Positions 24,189 through 36,022 of a DNA stretch of 36,022 nt are shown in pieces. The translations under genes were made by a program, and so were the position numbers. Numbering within the stretch: the stretch's first letter is position 1; every line of letters starts with the position of its first letter. The stretch comes from Octopus sinensis (Eukaryota). The DNA lies in the NCBI RefSeq assembly GCF_006345805.1, contig NW_021826233.1, forward strand, positions 1-36,022. The letters run 5' to 3'. The notes beneath the pieces are model-generated. The model worked only from the letters and a program-made list of their open reading frames with translations. It did no database searches and was not told the origin of the DNA.

Positions 24189-24229
<41 letters not shown>

Positions 24230-25009
24230 AGAGAAAGCGGAGGGTGAGGAGAGGAGAGGGAGCAACAACAAAAAACCTTGATCAGTTCTTCTTAGAAATA
24301 TGAGAATTTTATAAAACCAAAAATATATATCTAAACTAAACTGATAAGAACACGATTCAAATTTTATGAAGTGATGCGGTCTCCATTTAAATTCTTTTTT
24401 CCTTTTACTTATTCTGTTAAACAGAACGTTTCATTGAGAAAACAGTTTTCTATTTATCAAACTCTTTTCTCTTAATACTGTGAATAATTCTAAAATACTC
24501 TATAAACTCAATGGTATTAATTCTCCCTATGGAACGAAAGAACCGTTGAAATATAATGAGTGAAAAGTGACGATTATGTATTTTGTTATCGACGCAGGTA
24601 TGGAGTTGGCAGGATGCTGTTTGATAAGCGCAGACAGGTGAACCCTTTTTGTTAATTAGCATATGGATTTTAGTTAACGAAGGAAGCCTCAACGCTTCAA
24701 ACAGCAATTAGAATAACCCTCAAACCAAGCCTACACTCTTAAAAAGGGGAAATAAGGAAGCTTGTGCATTACGGTTCTATATCGGGGAAAATAGCAGGCA
24801 ATTGTCCTTCAAAATGAAACACTATAGATAAAGGAAGAACACAGTCGGGAGGTTAGCATTTCATATACATAATTGTGGATTGGTCGTTGATCATGTTGCT
24901 CATCAAATCGGCGTTAAGTAGGAGCTTTAAAATGTAACGCTGAACTTTATTTATCTTAATTTTCAAAATATAAAATAAGTATAACAAAACCATTAATTAG
25001 CACATATGC

Positions 25010-25104
<95 letters not shown>

Positions 25105-25158
25105 GAGAGAGATAAATATATAGATATATACACACATACATATATACATATACATGTA

Positions 25159-25582
25159 CGACGTGGAGTATATACCGCCAACTTTGCCCAAACGACCTGA
25201 ACATTAGCTTCAAGGTTCATTCAAGACTGGGACCACGGGCCATACGTCCCCTGCCCAATTCAAGATCACAGCATACATGTACACTGCAACATAATTTCTT
25301 TTCCTCAACAGGCCCTGCCCTATTTAACATTGTCCCGAAAGAGAGGAGGAAAGGATATCAACTCCCATCAACTAAACGGAGTCTGGATAGATTCCTTCAA
25401 GGAATACCAGATAAGCCACCCATAATTGGATACAACTCAGCCAACAAAAACTCACTACTTGAATGGACCATAAACAAAACTTGACTTAAGCAGGAATCAA
25501 ATATCCTATCAGGTGGTGCTATTAAGTTAGACATGGCCTGGACCAATCTTTGGTCGAAGCATATCTAAGTTTTCTAAGTTTT
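25159..25582 (+). mobile_element. 3' end of CR1/L2-superfamily LINE (5'-truncated, frameshifted)
   Basis: FKVHSRLGPRAIRP...LQHNFFSSTGPALFNIVPK, then LDRFLQGIPDKPPIIGYNSANKNSLLEW. The LD.FL..IPD.P..GY...NSLL.W motif is typical of invertebrate CR1-type RT C-termini. The 3' end has tandem TCTAAGTTT. Confidence 0.75.
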
Positions 25583-25627
25583 ATGTATATATCTACATAC
25601 ATATATATATATATATTATATATATAT

Positions 25628-25660
<33 letters not shown>

Positions 25661-26426
25661 TTATTTATATACATATATATATATATATATGTCTGTATAT
25701 ATTTATATATATATGTCTGTCTTATATATATATATATGCATGTATGTATGTATATATATATAATTTATGTATGTATATATATATATATATAAATATATAT
25801 ATAATATATTTATATTTATACATTGATGAGATGTTAATAGTTTACATTTAATATAGTAACGTCCTCCTCCAGTAAAATAATATATTATAACTACTTATAT
25901 ATTCACATCAATTGAATATTTAATAATATGTAACTGTTGCGTTGTGATCTTGCCAACGAAAGTCTGGCGTAAAATACTTCATGATGATTTCATCGTTCAA
26001 TCGATGCCAGACTCGTTAATCCTTCCCTTCAGATGCAAAAGTTAATTGTGGGCAAAACATTGAATAGAATCTCCAATTTTTCAATGTAATTTCCAGGTCA
26101 GATTAACATCAGTGATGATCACAGATACAATATTTCATAACTTAGACAGTGAAGGAAAGAAATTTCTCATGTCTACATTTTTAGGATTAGTAATAGGGCG
26201 AGAGTCCATGGCATCATAGGCTATAGTGTTGCAATAAGAAACAGAGCAATTCAGTGTCGTGTTGACCTGGGACTGGAAACATGCTTCGAGTATAGCAACA
26301 GGAGGGACAGCGTTAATGGCATTCAAGATCCTGATGGCGATGTTGAGTGACAAGGATGGAGACCGATAACCCAAATTTCGTTTGGTGTCAGACTAACTCA
26401 CTGTGTAAACAAACTGGTTATGATAT

Positions 26427-26457
<31 letters not shown>

Positions 26458-26759
26458 TAATATATAATATATATTCTATATATATATATATATAGATATA
26501 AACATAAAGAGATTGTGCACGTACGCTGCGAAATATAGAATAAACCTTTACATATATAAATATAAATAACGTGAAATACACGAAGGGACGAACATAAAAA
26601 ACAGACGGGTCATTCAAAGCCTTCATTCTTCAGTCAGAAACCGATTCATCATTGCAAATTTCGGCTGTTTAATTCTGAGATCTGCTCTGAATCGGCCAGC
26701 CCCAGAAGGAAAGAATGCAACGCAACAGAGACGAACATGAGGTTTATTCTATATAAATA

Positions 26760-26793
<34 letters not shown>

Positions 26794-26804
26794 AAATCTC
26801 CTGT

Positions 26805-27330
<526 letters not shown>

Positions 27331-27331
27331 T

Positions 27332-27687
27332 ATGCGGTTCATTCTGCTGGTTGCGAGTCTCCCAGATCGTTCATCACTATTGACATTTTATGGCCAGACT
27401 TGTGAGCGGCTCATACATCCCTCTCCATACACTTTCTGCAACTTTGCGCAGACCTCTGAGCATGTATCGCCATGACAACTTTTTCTGTCATGGTCAATGC
27501 AACAATCACACGCTACGCACGTTCCTTCCAAGCACTGCTGTAAATATCGAGTGTGAGCTAGAACGTTGAAACATAGTGTGCATGCGCAACAAAGTGCAAG
27601 ATGAATTTGTGCCGAGTAGCTTTACTCTGCGTTTTATAGCTTTGTTACTATGGCAACAGTCCGAATACTTATTGATCAGACCTCGTA
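27332..27687 (-). mobile_element. 5' end of a mariner element (TIR + deleted transposase N-terminus)
   Basis: The minus strand starts TA-CGAGGTCTGATCAATAAGTATTCGGACT, a mariner-type TIR. It then reads MTEKV.. / GDTCSEVCAKLQKVYGEGCMSRSQVW / NSDERSGR, the mariner HTH region. Confidence 0.8.
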
Positions 27688-28796
27688 TTCTGCTCAATAT
27701 CACAGATTTGCATGCCAATTGCTTGACCTTTACCACCTAAGTATTTCTCTTATTGGCTGACAATATGTGCATCGCTGATCACGTACAGGAGTAGTTGGGA
27801 AGCATCGTTGATATATGTTGAGAAGAATTCTTTAGGGTTTGAATAAATATAACAAAAACAAAGTTTGAAGGAAATAGTAACGATTTTTCATACTTCCTAG
27901 CGGTAAGTAAATAGTAATAACAATGCTACCCAAGGACAAAGATCAAGTCACAAAATTTTCCATATCTCATAGTGAGCACTACTAAATCTTCCTCCCACTC
28001 CGCCACAAGATTATGGTGATGTTAGACAGGGCGGCGGTGTAGTATAAGTCTACATTTAACTAAGAGAGAAAACAACAACAGAGTTCACAATGCAACAGAA
28101 AGAATGAATAACATGTCGAAAAGAGACAGCTAATTGTGAAATCTGTATTTGTGTAGGTTAAACAAATATGGAAATGGTATAATATTATCTTCAAGTGTCA
28201 TTCATCAGTTGCAGAAAGCAAAGAAAAAAATGAACGAAAACAAAAGAAACCGTTTGTAATGAACATTTATAGAAAGAAAATTCTTTTTGAATTAGTTTAA
28301 CATATTTAGATTTACTTTCATTGCTGCGTTTCTGTATTTATTTATTTTATTGAGTAACGATCATCGGCAAAGAAGATTTATCATAATATAAAATGTTTTT
28401 ATTGCGACATAAACATTGAATTTGGAAAATTACTTCATCTTTAAATATGGCGAATATTTGTAGCAAAAATAATTGTTTTCGATCTGTGGAAATATCTTTA
28501 TTTACCGTTAGTTCATTACAGACTCAGACAAAGGTTAATATCAATATATCGATAGATTTTTACTATCGGAAAGATAACTTCAATTTAAACAGATTCTATT
28601 AGAAGTATAGTACGGAGAGGTGTTCCACTGCAATACCAAAACACACACACACACACACACACACGCATGTACACACACACTCGAGCGTGCACGCACATGC
28701 GTACACACATGCGTACACACATGCATACATACATATCACATGCATACACATATACACATGCACACACAAAAGGAGAAAGGAGGAAAGAAGAGTAGT

Positions 28797-28861
<65 letters not shown>

Positions 28862-29147
28862 TATATATATGTATGTATGTATGCATGTATACATATACAT
28901 CTCTATGTATGTATAAGTATATTGGTGAATAGGTAAGTAGATAGAAACATATATCCACATATCCACATACACAAGCATACATATAAATCTATTCATAATA
29001 CTATACATTTAAGTGTTTATATTTTTGGTATGTACGATTATGTATGTGTGTGTATTTTTTTATAGTTGCATCTGTGTGTGTGTGTGTGTGTGAAGGAAGG
29101 AACATATGTTTGTGCGTAAAAATCGTAACAAGTGCATTAACTCATGT

Positions 29148-29461
29148 CGTCGCTCTTTTCAAGCCTACCCAGGCTCATAGGCACGGATTCCCGGCTTCTG
29201 TGGCGTATGTGCCCCCCCCCCCCACCAGCTGAACGAGACTCCAGTCCATCGCAGCGTTACTCAAGAAACAGGAAGAGAGAGTGAGAGAAAGTTGTGACGA
29301 AAGAGTACAACAGGGGTTGCCAACACGCCTGCCAGACCCTCGTGGAGCTATTTTAGGTGTTTCTGCTCAATAAACACACACAACATCCGGTCTGGCAATC
29401 GAAACCGCGATTCTCCGACCGCAAGTCCGCTACCCTAACCACTGGGCCTTTGCGCCTCCAC
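29148..29461 (-). mobile_element. full-length tRNA-derived SINE (fourth family) with 13-bp TSD
   Basis: Reverse-complement head GTGGAGGCGCAAAGGCCCAGTGGTTAGGG...GGTTTCGATT. TSD CATTAACTC(A/G)TGT at 29135-29147 and 29462-29474. Confidence 0.85.
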
Positions 29462-29600
29462 CATTAACTCGTGTACCAGATTTTATTTGTCAGTTAGAAG
29501 TTCATTATATTCCACGTCGCTATTCTGAGTTCTTCCTTTATAACATTTTCAATAAAAATTCTGGCAAAAAAGGCACTTTTAACTGCTATTATAGATGTCG

Positions 29601-29798
29601 AAGGCAGTGAGTTGGGGGACTCGGTAACGCATTGGACAAAATGCTTAGCGGCATTTCGCTCATCTTTAAGTTCTGAGTTCAAATTCGCGCCGAAATCGAC
29701 TTTAACTTTCATTCTTTCTAGATAGATGAAATAAGTACCAGTTGAGTATTGGGGAATCGACTTACCCCTTCCCTCTCCTCCGTACCTATATTAGAAAG
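29601..29798 (+). mobile_element. tRNA-derived SINE
   Basis: AAGGCAGTGAGTTGG...TTCTGAGTTCAAATTC...AAATAAGTACCAGTTGAG. Confidence 0.8.
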
Positions 29799-29811
29799 GT
29801 TTATTGGTGCT

Positions 29812-30005
29812 GAAGGCGACGAACTGACAGAACCATTTGTACGTCGGACAAAATTCTAAGTAGCAGGTCTTTCGGCACTTTAGTTTTAAATTCATCCTTC
29901 CAGGGATGATAAAATAAGAACCAGTCTAATAATAGGTTCGGTATGATCGCCTAATAAATCTCCCATCAAAATTGCTGGCGTCGTGTGAAAATTAGAAAGA
30001 ATCAT
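29812..30005 (+). mobile_element. diverged, internally deleted SINE of the same family
   Basis: GAAGGCGACGAACTGACAGAA...CATCCTTCCAGGGATGATAAAATAAGAACCAG...AAAATTGCTGGC. Confidence 0.65.
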
Positions 30006-30160
30006 TGGTGTTGTTGTGTTTACTGCAGTTAATGCTGTTGTTGTTGTTGTTGATATGGTTGTTGCCATTTAACTCCATACCAGCCATTGTAGTTTCGTTT
30101 TTGGTGTGTGGGGGATTGTTTTACATGATGAAGGCATCAATGCGAATACACCAGGAAATA

Positions 30161-30345
30161 ATGATTTTCCAATTGTGGCACAAGGCCAGTAATGACTCGA
30201 ATACACAGCTGCTACTCATTTTATCGACCTCGAAAGTAGTAAAAACAAAGGCAACCACAGTGGGATTTGAACTCAGAACCCGAAAACGGATGAATGCCGC
30301 TAAGCATTTGGCCCGGCGCTCTAACGGTTCAAACAGCTCGTCCCC
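30161..30345 (-). mobile_element. tRNA-derived SINE with deletion
   Basis: GGCACAAGGCCAG tail, TTTATCGACCTCGAAAG core and GATTTGAACTCAGAAC B-box region. Confidence 0.8.
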
Positions 30346-30402
30346 ATTATATAAATGAATAATAAAGACACCATTTTTGATGGACATCAGGAAAAAATCG
30401 AC

Positions 30403-30622
30403 GATAGTAAAATCCCTACGAGCACAAAATTCCCCGAGGACAAAATTCCCGTGGATAAATTTTTAAAATCATATCAACTAATATTTCAAATTTTTTCATA
30501 AAATTTCATTTTCTTCAAATATTTTTATTGTAAAGAAAGAACAATATCCCGAGAGATTTTGTCCGGGGATGGATATTTTCCTCGGGGTGGGGTTGTTCTC
30601 CGGAGAATTTTGTCCTAGTATC
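30403..30622. mobile_element. MITE-like non-autonomous DNA element with repetitive inverted termini
   Basis: The left arm has three (G)GACAAAATTCCC-like motifs and the right arm has three inverted ones (GATTTTGTCCGGGG, ATTTTCCTCGGGG, GAATTTTGTCC). The middle is AT-rich. The termini are GATA(G/C)TA. Confidence 0.6.
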
Positions 30623-30639
30623 ATTTTGATGGCTATTGT

Positions 30640-30884
30640 GTACTCGGAGTGACATAGAGATGGAGGGTGAGAGAAGCAGTGAAACAGTGAGAATGACATT
30701 GAGAGAAAGAAAGAGAGGGTGAAAGTGAAAGAGCAAAGAGGAAACGGAGAGGCAAGGAGAAAGATAGAGAGAGAGAGAGAATGTGAGACTGAAAGAGAAA
30801 GAAAAAGAAACAGACAAACACAGAGAATCTGTGTGTGAGAGAGACAGAGCAAGAGAGAGTGACACAGATATAGAAAGCGAAGGT

Positions 30885-30919
<35 letters not shown>

Positions 30920-31050
30920 AGCAGACGAACAAATGAGGGAGAAAGAAAGAGGGAGGGAGAGAGAGAGAGAGAGAGTAAGTCAGAGAGACGGACACAAACC
31001 GACAGACAAATAAAGATAGAAGCAGAGTGAAAGAAACAGGGAGAAAGAAG
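30640..31050. repeat. (GA)-rich polypurine tract
   Basis: Directly visible. Confidence 0.9.
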
Positions 31051-31349
31051 AAAGGATAATTTTATCCCCAGTATATCACTGGTATTTTAATAATTTACTC
31101 CAAAGCATAGGAAAAAGCATTAACTTCTTTCTGCGGGATTGAACCCAGAGCGCGGGAAGAAGTATACCAGCAGAGAACTTTATGTCAGACAGGAAAAAGT
31201 GAAACAGCTGAGAGTATACTGGACTGCAAGGAAAACGCAGCAGTGCACATCAGTATTTACGTCAGCTGTTAAAGGACCGTGAGTTCAAATTCCACCTGGC
31301 TCTGATAGGATAACAAGAGACAGTCATTTTTTCTTTCTTATGAATATGC

Positions 31350-31715
31350 ATATGTGTGTGTCTGCGTGCACATCTGTGTGTGCGTGCGAGCGCTTGTGCT
31401 CGTGTGTGTGTTTGTCTGAGTATTTGTGTATTTGTGTATGTCTGTTTGCAGATATGTACGTCTGGCTGTATCTGTATGAAACTGTGTGTATGTCTGCCTG
31501 AGTGTGTGTGTGTGTGTTTTTATGTGTGATTCTGTGTCTGTTCATGTTTGTGAACGTGTATGTATGTGGATGTGTGCGCGCGCGTCAGTGTTTGTGTCTC
31601 TATAAGTGTCTTCATGTAATTATGTGTGTGCATGCTGTGTTTATATTCGTGCATATATATGTCCTCTGTGTGTGCGTTTGTGTGTGTATGTGTGCGTGTT
31701 GCTGTGTGTGTGTTT
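31350..31715. repeat. degenerate (TG)n tract
   Basis: Directly visible. Confidence 0.9.
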
Positions 31716-31794
31716 GAAAAGCCGTTATCACATCATTATAAGTAATAAGCAGAATGATTATTGAATAAATGTCATCCGAGATAAGAAGTAATAC

Positions 31795-31852
<58 letters not shown>

Positions 31853-32199
31853 AAAGAGACAAAGAAAGAGAAAGAAAAAGGGAGAGACAGATGGAAAGAT
31901 CCGATGAAGAGGAATAGATTTGGAGTTGACTTGTGGCTGGAGGTGCAATCAAATAACTGACCTTTCAACTTTTTACACTTATCTGGGGTGGATATGAAGA
32001 AATAAGTGTGAAGGGTGGATACGAAGAGGAGGGTGGTGTTGAGTGTATATGAAGAGATGTGGAGATATGGGCAGAGTTTTTATAACACTGTGATTAAAAA
32101 GTATTCAGTAGATTGTAATATAATAATTATTGACTGACAAAAAAGAATTATCTCCCAGGAGATACCTACATACGTAAATGCGTTCATATACATACAAAA

Positions 32200-32600
32200 T
32201 ACATAAATATACATATGTACATATATATGTGTATATATATATATATATATAATATAATATATATATATCATATACATATATATATACATATATATAATAT
32301 ATGTATAATATGTATGTATATGTATATACATATATATGTATATATATATATGTATGTATAAAATATGTATGTATATGTGTGTATATATATATATGTATAT
32401 ATATATAAATTAATGTACTTATGTATGTACATACATACATGCACATACGTATATACACACACATATATACATATATATGTATATGTCTGTGTGTGTTAGA
32501 AATTAATTAATGTAACATCTGTGTAGTCTATGCATATATGCATGTGTATGTATGTGTGTCTGTGTGTTAGTGCTTGTGTGCGTGTGTGTGTGTGTGTGTG
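32200..32600. repeat. (TA)/(TATG)/(TG) compound microsatellite
   Basis: Directly visible. Confidence 0.9.
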
Positions 32601-33202
32601 TAGGTGTTTGTGTCTACGTATGTGCGTGTGTGCGTAATCTGAGAACATTACTGCGTCGCAATGACCAGTAGTTTCTTCTCAGACACTAGATTATTCAGAA
32701 TAATATAAGAATAAGTAAATGAAAATAATATAGTCATCCAATCCATCCATCCATCCATCCATCTTCTCCGTTCAATATTCCTGGGAGGGTATTCAGGATG
32801 GGGAAAGACCTTAGTACCTACTCCACTGGGTCCTGTTAGAAATAACCGTCACTGTATTTTTTTCTAGCTACATTCCCAACCGTGACCAACTCAGACTACC
32901 GATATTATCCAACTGTTTCGTTCTTGGTTTACCCGAAGGTCTCCGTCTAAATGGCTCGGTATGAAGGTTCTCTCTTCCGATTCTTTCTTGTTTCTAAGTT
33001 AAAGACATACCAGCTTGGTACCTGGTGTGAATAAGTTCGCCAAATTACATCGTCCATCGTGTGGATTTACAAAAAACGCGTTTCATACTTACGTATACTC
33101 AATAGCTTTACCTCGAGAGGCGTTGCCATGCTGGGGCACAGCCAATAAACGCAGTATTAATAGACTCCGAATTTGAGCTTGAGACCTCCAGTTACTATAT
33201 AT

Positions 33203-34203
33203 TCGTAGGCTGACCGAATAAGGTATGTTTTTCAACATAATGCCCCTTGTGGGCCACATATTTCTTCCATACTTTTCGTATGCAAACAGACGGGGTTCGC
33301 TCAGAGCTTTGTTATTTTTTCAGTGAACCTACCGACTGCTTCGGACACTCGGTGAAGAGCACCCCTCGGAGGGACCATGCGGACCGAATGGAGACCAGAA
33401 CAAGAGAATAGGGAGGATGTACAACTAGTTCAAAGCCACAGTCACACACAGCAGCCATTGAAACCAAGGATCTATGTGCTGGAGCATTGCTCTGACAAAA
33501 CAAGACCCTTTCCGTCAATTTTCCTATACGTTTGATCTTGATAGTCTTTTGTAATTATCTCAGCAAGTTGGTATTGTACTCTCTATTGATGGTGAGACCC
33601 TTTTGAAGATACTCAATAAACACAAACCCTGCAGATGGAACGAGCATAACCTTCTTTGGAGGAGGTGAGGTCGGGTGAATCCGTGACGTTGAGTTTGTCT
33701 TTGTCATTGTCTCTTGCTCAAATTGGTGAAGCCAACACACATCGTGAGTCATAAAATATTCGACGAAATCAGCCGGATCAGCTTGAAACAATGTCTGATT
33801 TTTTCCGTAATGGTGCGCTTTTTCAGTATGGTGCGCTTTTAATCAGATGTCAGAACACATGGCACCCACCGAGCACAACAAACCTTCGTCATGCCAAGTT
33901 CATTGTGCAGGGTATTCTCAACTCTCTCAAAGAATATGCTAATAGCATTGACTATTTGATTTATAGCCAATTGCCTATCACCCAGCACCAAGCGGTGAAC
34001 AGTGTCAATGTTTTCCCTTGGTGGTAGCGGTTCCAGGATATCCAGAGCTTGGGTCATCTTCAAGTCTCTCTGTTCACCTCCTAATTTCAGCTGCCTACTT
34101 TAAGATTGTTGATAAAGCTGGAATGACATCCTCTAATGTTGCAAACATATCAGCGTGAAGGTTCTTGCAGGTTAAACCCCAAGTCTGCAGGTATTTTGAC
34201 TCG
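33203..34203 (-). mobile_element. decayed mariner transposon (transposase pseudogene)
   Basis: Supplied ORFs 33839-34063 (ENIDTVHRLV..ILHNELGMTKV..ARWVP), 33555-33791 (FMTHDVCWLHQFEQET..FIEYLQKGLTINREY) and 33312-33518 (VLFCQSNAPAH..GFELVVHPPYS) are consecutive mariner motifs in shifted frames. The TIRs are not intact. Confidence 0.9.
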
Positions 34204-34249
34204 AAACTTTGCATTCAATTGAAAACATTATATCTCACCATATTATATT

Positions 34250-34524
34250 ATATATGTGCACGCGCGCGCATGTGTCTACACACACACGCACACACACACA
34301 TATTATATGTATATATATATATATAAATTTATATATATGTATATATATATATCAATGTATGTATGTACGTATGTGTGTATGTATACGTTAACTATCACTA
34401 TACGTGCTTTCTCAATCTTCCCTCTTTCCTTTTCTCATACTCTCTTTAGATGCATTTGTGTGTATTATATATACACACACACTATATATATATACATATA
34501 TAATATATCATATATATATATATA

Positions 34525-34566
<42 letters not shown>

Positions 34567-34571
34567 CCTAT

Positions 34572-34602
<31 letters not shown>

Positions 34603-34650
34603 CATATGTATACGTCTACATTTATATATATATATATATATATCATACAT
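34250..34650. repeat. (CA)/(TA) compound microsatellite
   Basis: Directly visible. Confidence 0.9.
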
Positions 34651-35149
34651 ACACACACAGTAAAACATATACACTACCCTCTTTAAATCATTTCCCTTAG
34701 TGTCTAAGAAGAAACCGACATCTGAATAATATTTGACATTTCGCAGAAGAAAAAAAAACTGACAAACTGGAAAATAATTTAGTATGTGTTTATATTATAT
34801 TTAATTTATTTTATTCCTCATGCATACACACAAACGCGCGTGTGTGTGAGTGTACATATCTATGTGTAAGTATATTCACAAAGACTCATACATGTATACG
34901 CTCACACAGTTACAAACAAACACACACACACACAGAGACACACAAAAATACATATGTATAAGGAACAATGGACGTGTGTGCATTTATATATAGTCTTCAG
35001 TATGCAGTTTCCATGTATAAGAAAAGATGGCAAGGAATCTCTGTAATCAACTAATAAAGGAACATACGAAGTTGAGAGTCACGCCAGCATTGCAACAGGA
35101 TGTGTGCGTATGTGTGTAGTGTGTATGTGTACACGTAGATATTCATAAT

Positions 35150-35155
35150 CGTGTG

Positions 35156-35189
<34 letters not shown>

Positions 35190-35408
35190 ATATACTAATA
35201 TATAATAGATATATCTATATAATATCTTCTATATATATCAAACATATATATAATTATATATAGATATATACAATATATATAATATATATATATATCTATA
35301 TATATATATGCATTATATGTATATACATATATATTATATATAATATATATATATATACATATTTATATACATATTATGTATATATGTATTATATGTATAT
35401 ATGTATAC

Positions 35409-35440
<32 letters not shown>

Positions 35441-35705
35441 CTATAATATATAATATATATTGTACCTATATATATAGTATGTATGTATGTAGGTAATATC
35501 TATGTAATGATTTTTATGTGTTATACTTGTATATATAATTATATATATATATATATATACATAAATATATATGTGTGGTGTGTGTGTGCGTGTTGTGCAT
35601 ATGTATATATCTATGTGTCCGTCTCTCTATCTGACTGTTTGTCTATCTATCTATCTATCTATCTATCTAATCACAATGAATCTATCTATCTATCTAATCA
35701 CAATG
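35150..35705. repeat. (TA)-rich tract ending in (TCTA)n with duplicated TAATCACAATG cassette
   Basis: Directly visible. Confidence 0.9.
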
Positions 35706-36022
35706 GACGGACGCTAGTCATATCGGCTCCAAGTAAGTTGGCCACTTTTACATGTTTAAAACTCCTTGTTGTCAAATATGTTGTTTTAATCGTTGTGCAA
35801 ATTCATTCACTAAAAAACCTGAGAATTATTCACGTAGAATTCCGCCCCTGTATGGGCGAAATTACAAAAAACTTTCAAAACTTTCGTGGGTTTTTTAGCC
35901 ATTTTTCATTTTGAAAATGGCAACTAGAAACCACGTGGCTAGCCCGCCAGTCAGGCAGAACGGTAGCAAAACACTATTGCTACCACTAGCTGCTAAACAT
36001 CGCAGCGTGAATACCGCTGTCA

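Noticed and set aside
31060-31310. Possible very old SINE fragments
   Set aside because: Only scattered short motifs (ACTGGTATTT, GATTGAACCCAGA, GAGTTCAAATTCC) are present; too diverged to delimit by eye.

Overview
AT-rich eukaryotic genomic DNA made up almost entirely of simple repeats and decayed mobile elements. The SINE families and the dense (TA)n/(TCTA)n/(TATG)n/(AAT)n tracts look like a cephalopod genome, most likely Octopus; this is recognition from memory, not a database result. I found no intact or recognisable host gene, rRNA, true tRNA gene or CRISPR array, and most supplied ORFs are translations of microsatellites. Supported content: about 16 tRNA-derived SINE copies or fragments from at least 4 families (four with target-site duplications); three mariner remnants; an R4/Dong-type RLE LINE 3' part inside (TAA)n; a CR1-type LINE 3' end; a Penelope-type GIY-YIG remnant; and a MITE-like inverted element. 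The most interesting signal is two different short repeats carrying minimal type I hammerhead-ribozyme folds (708-743 +, 15050-15095 -). The extreme 3' end of the first repeat recurs as a tandem trimer in (TA)n at 4411-4597. Together these suggest Penelope-associated, ribozyme-bearing, microsatellite-associated elements. All coordinates were read by eye and boundaries are approximate.
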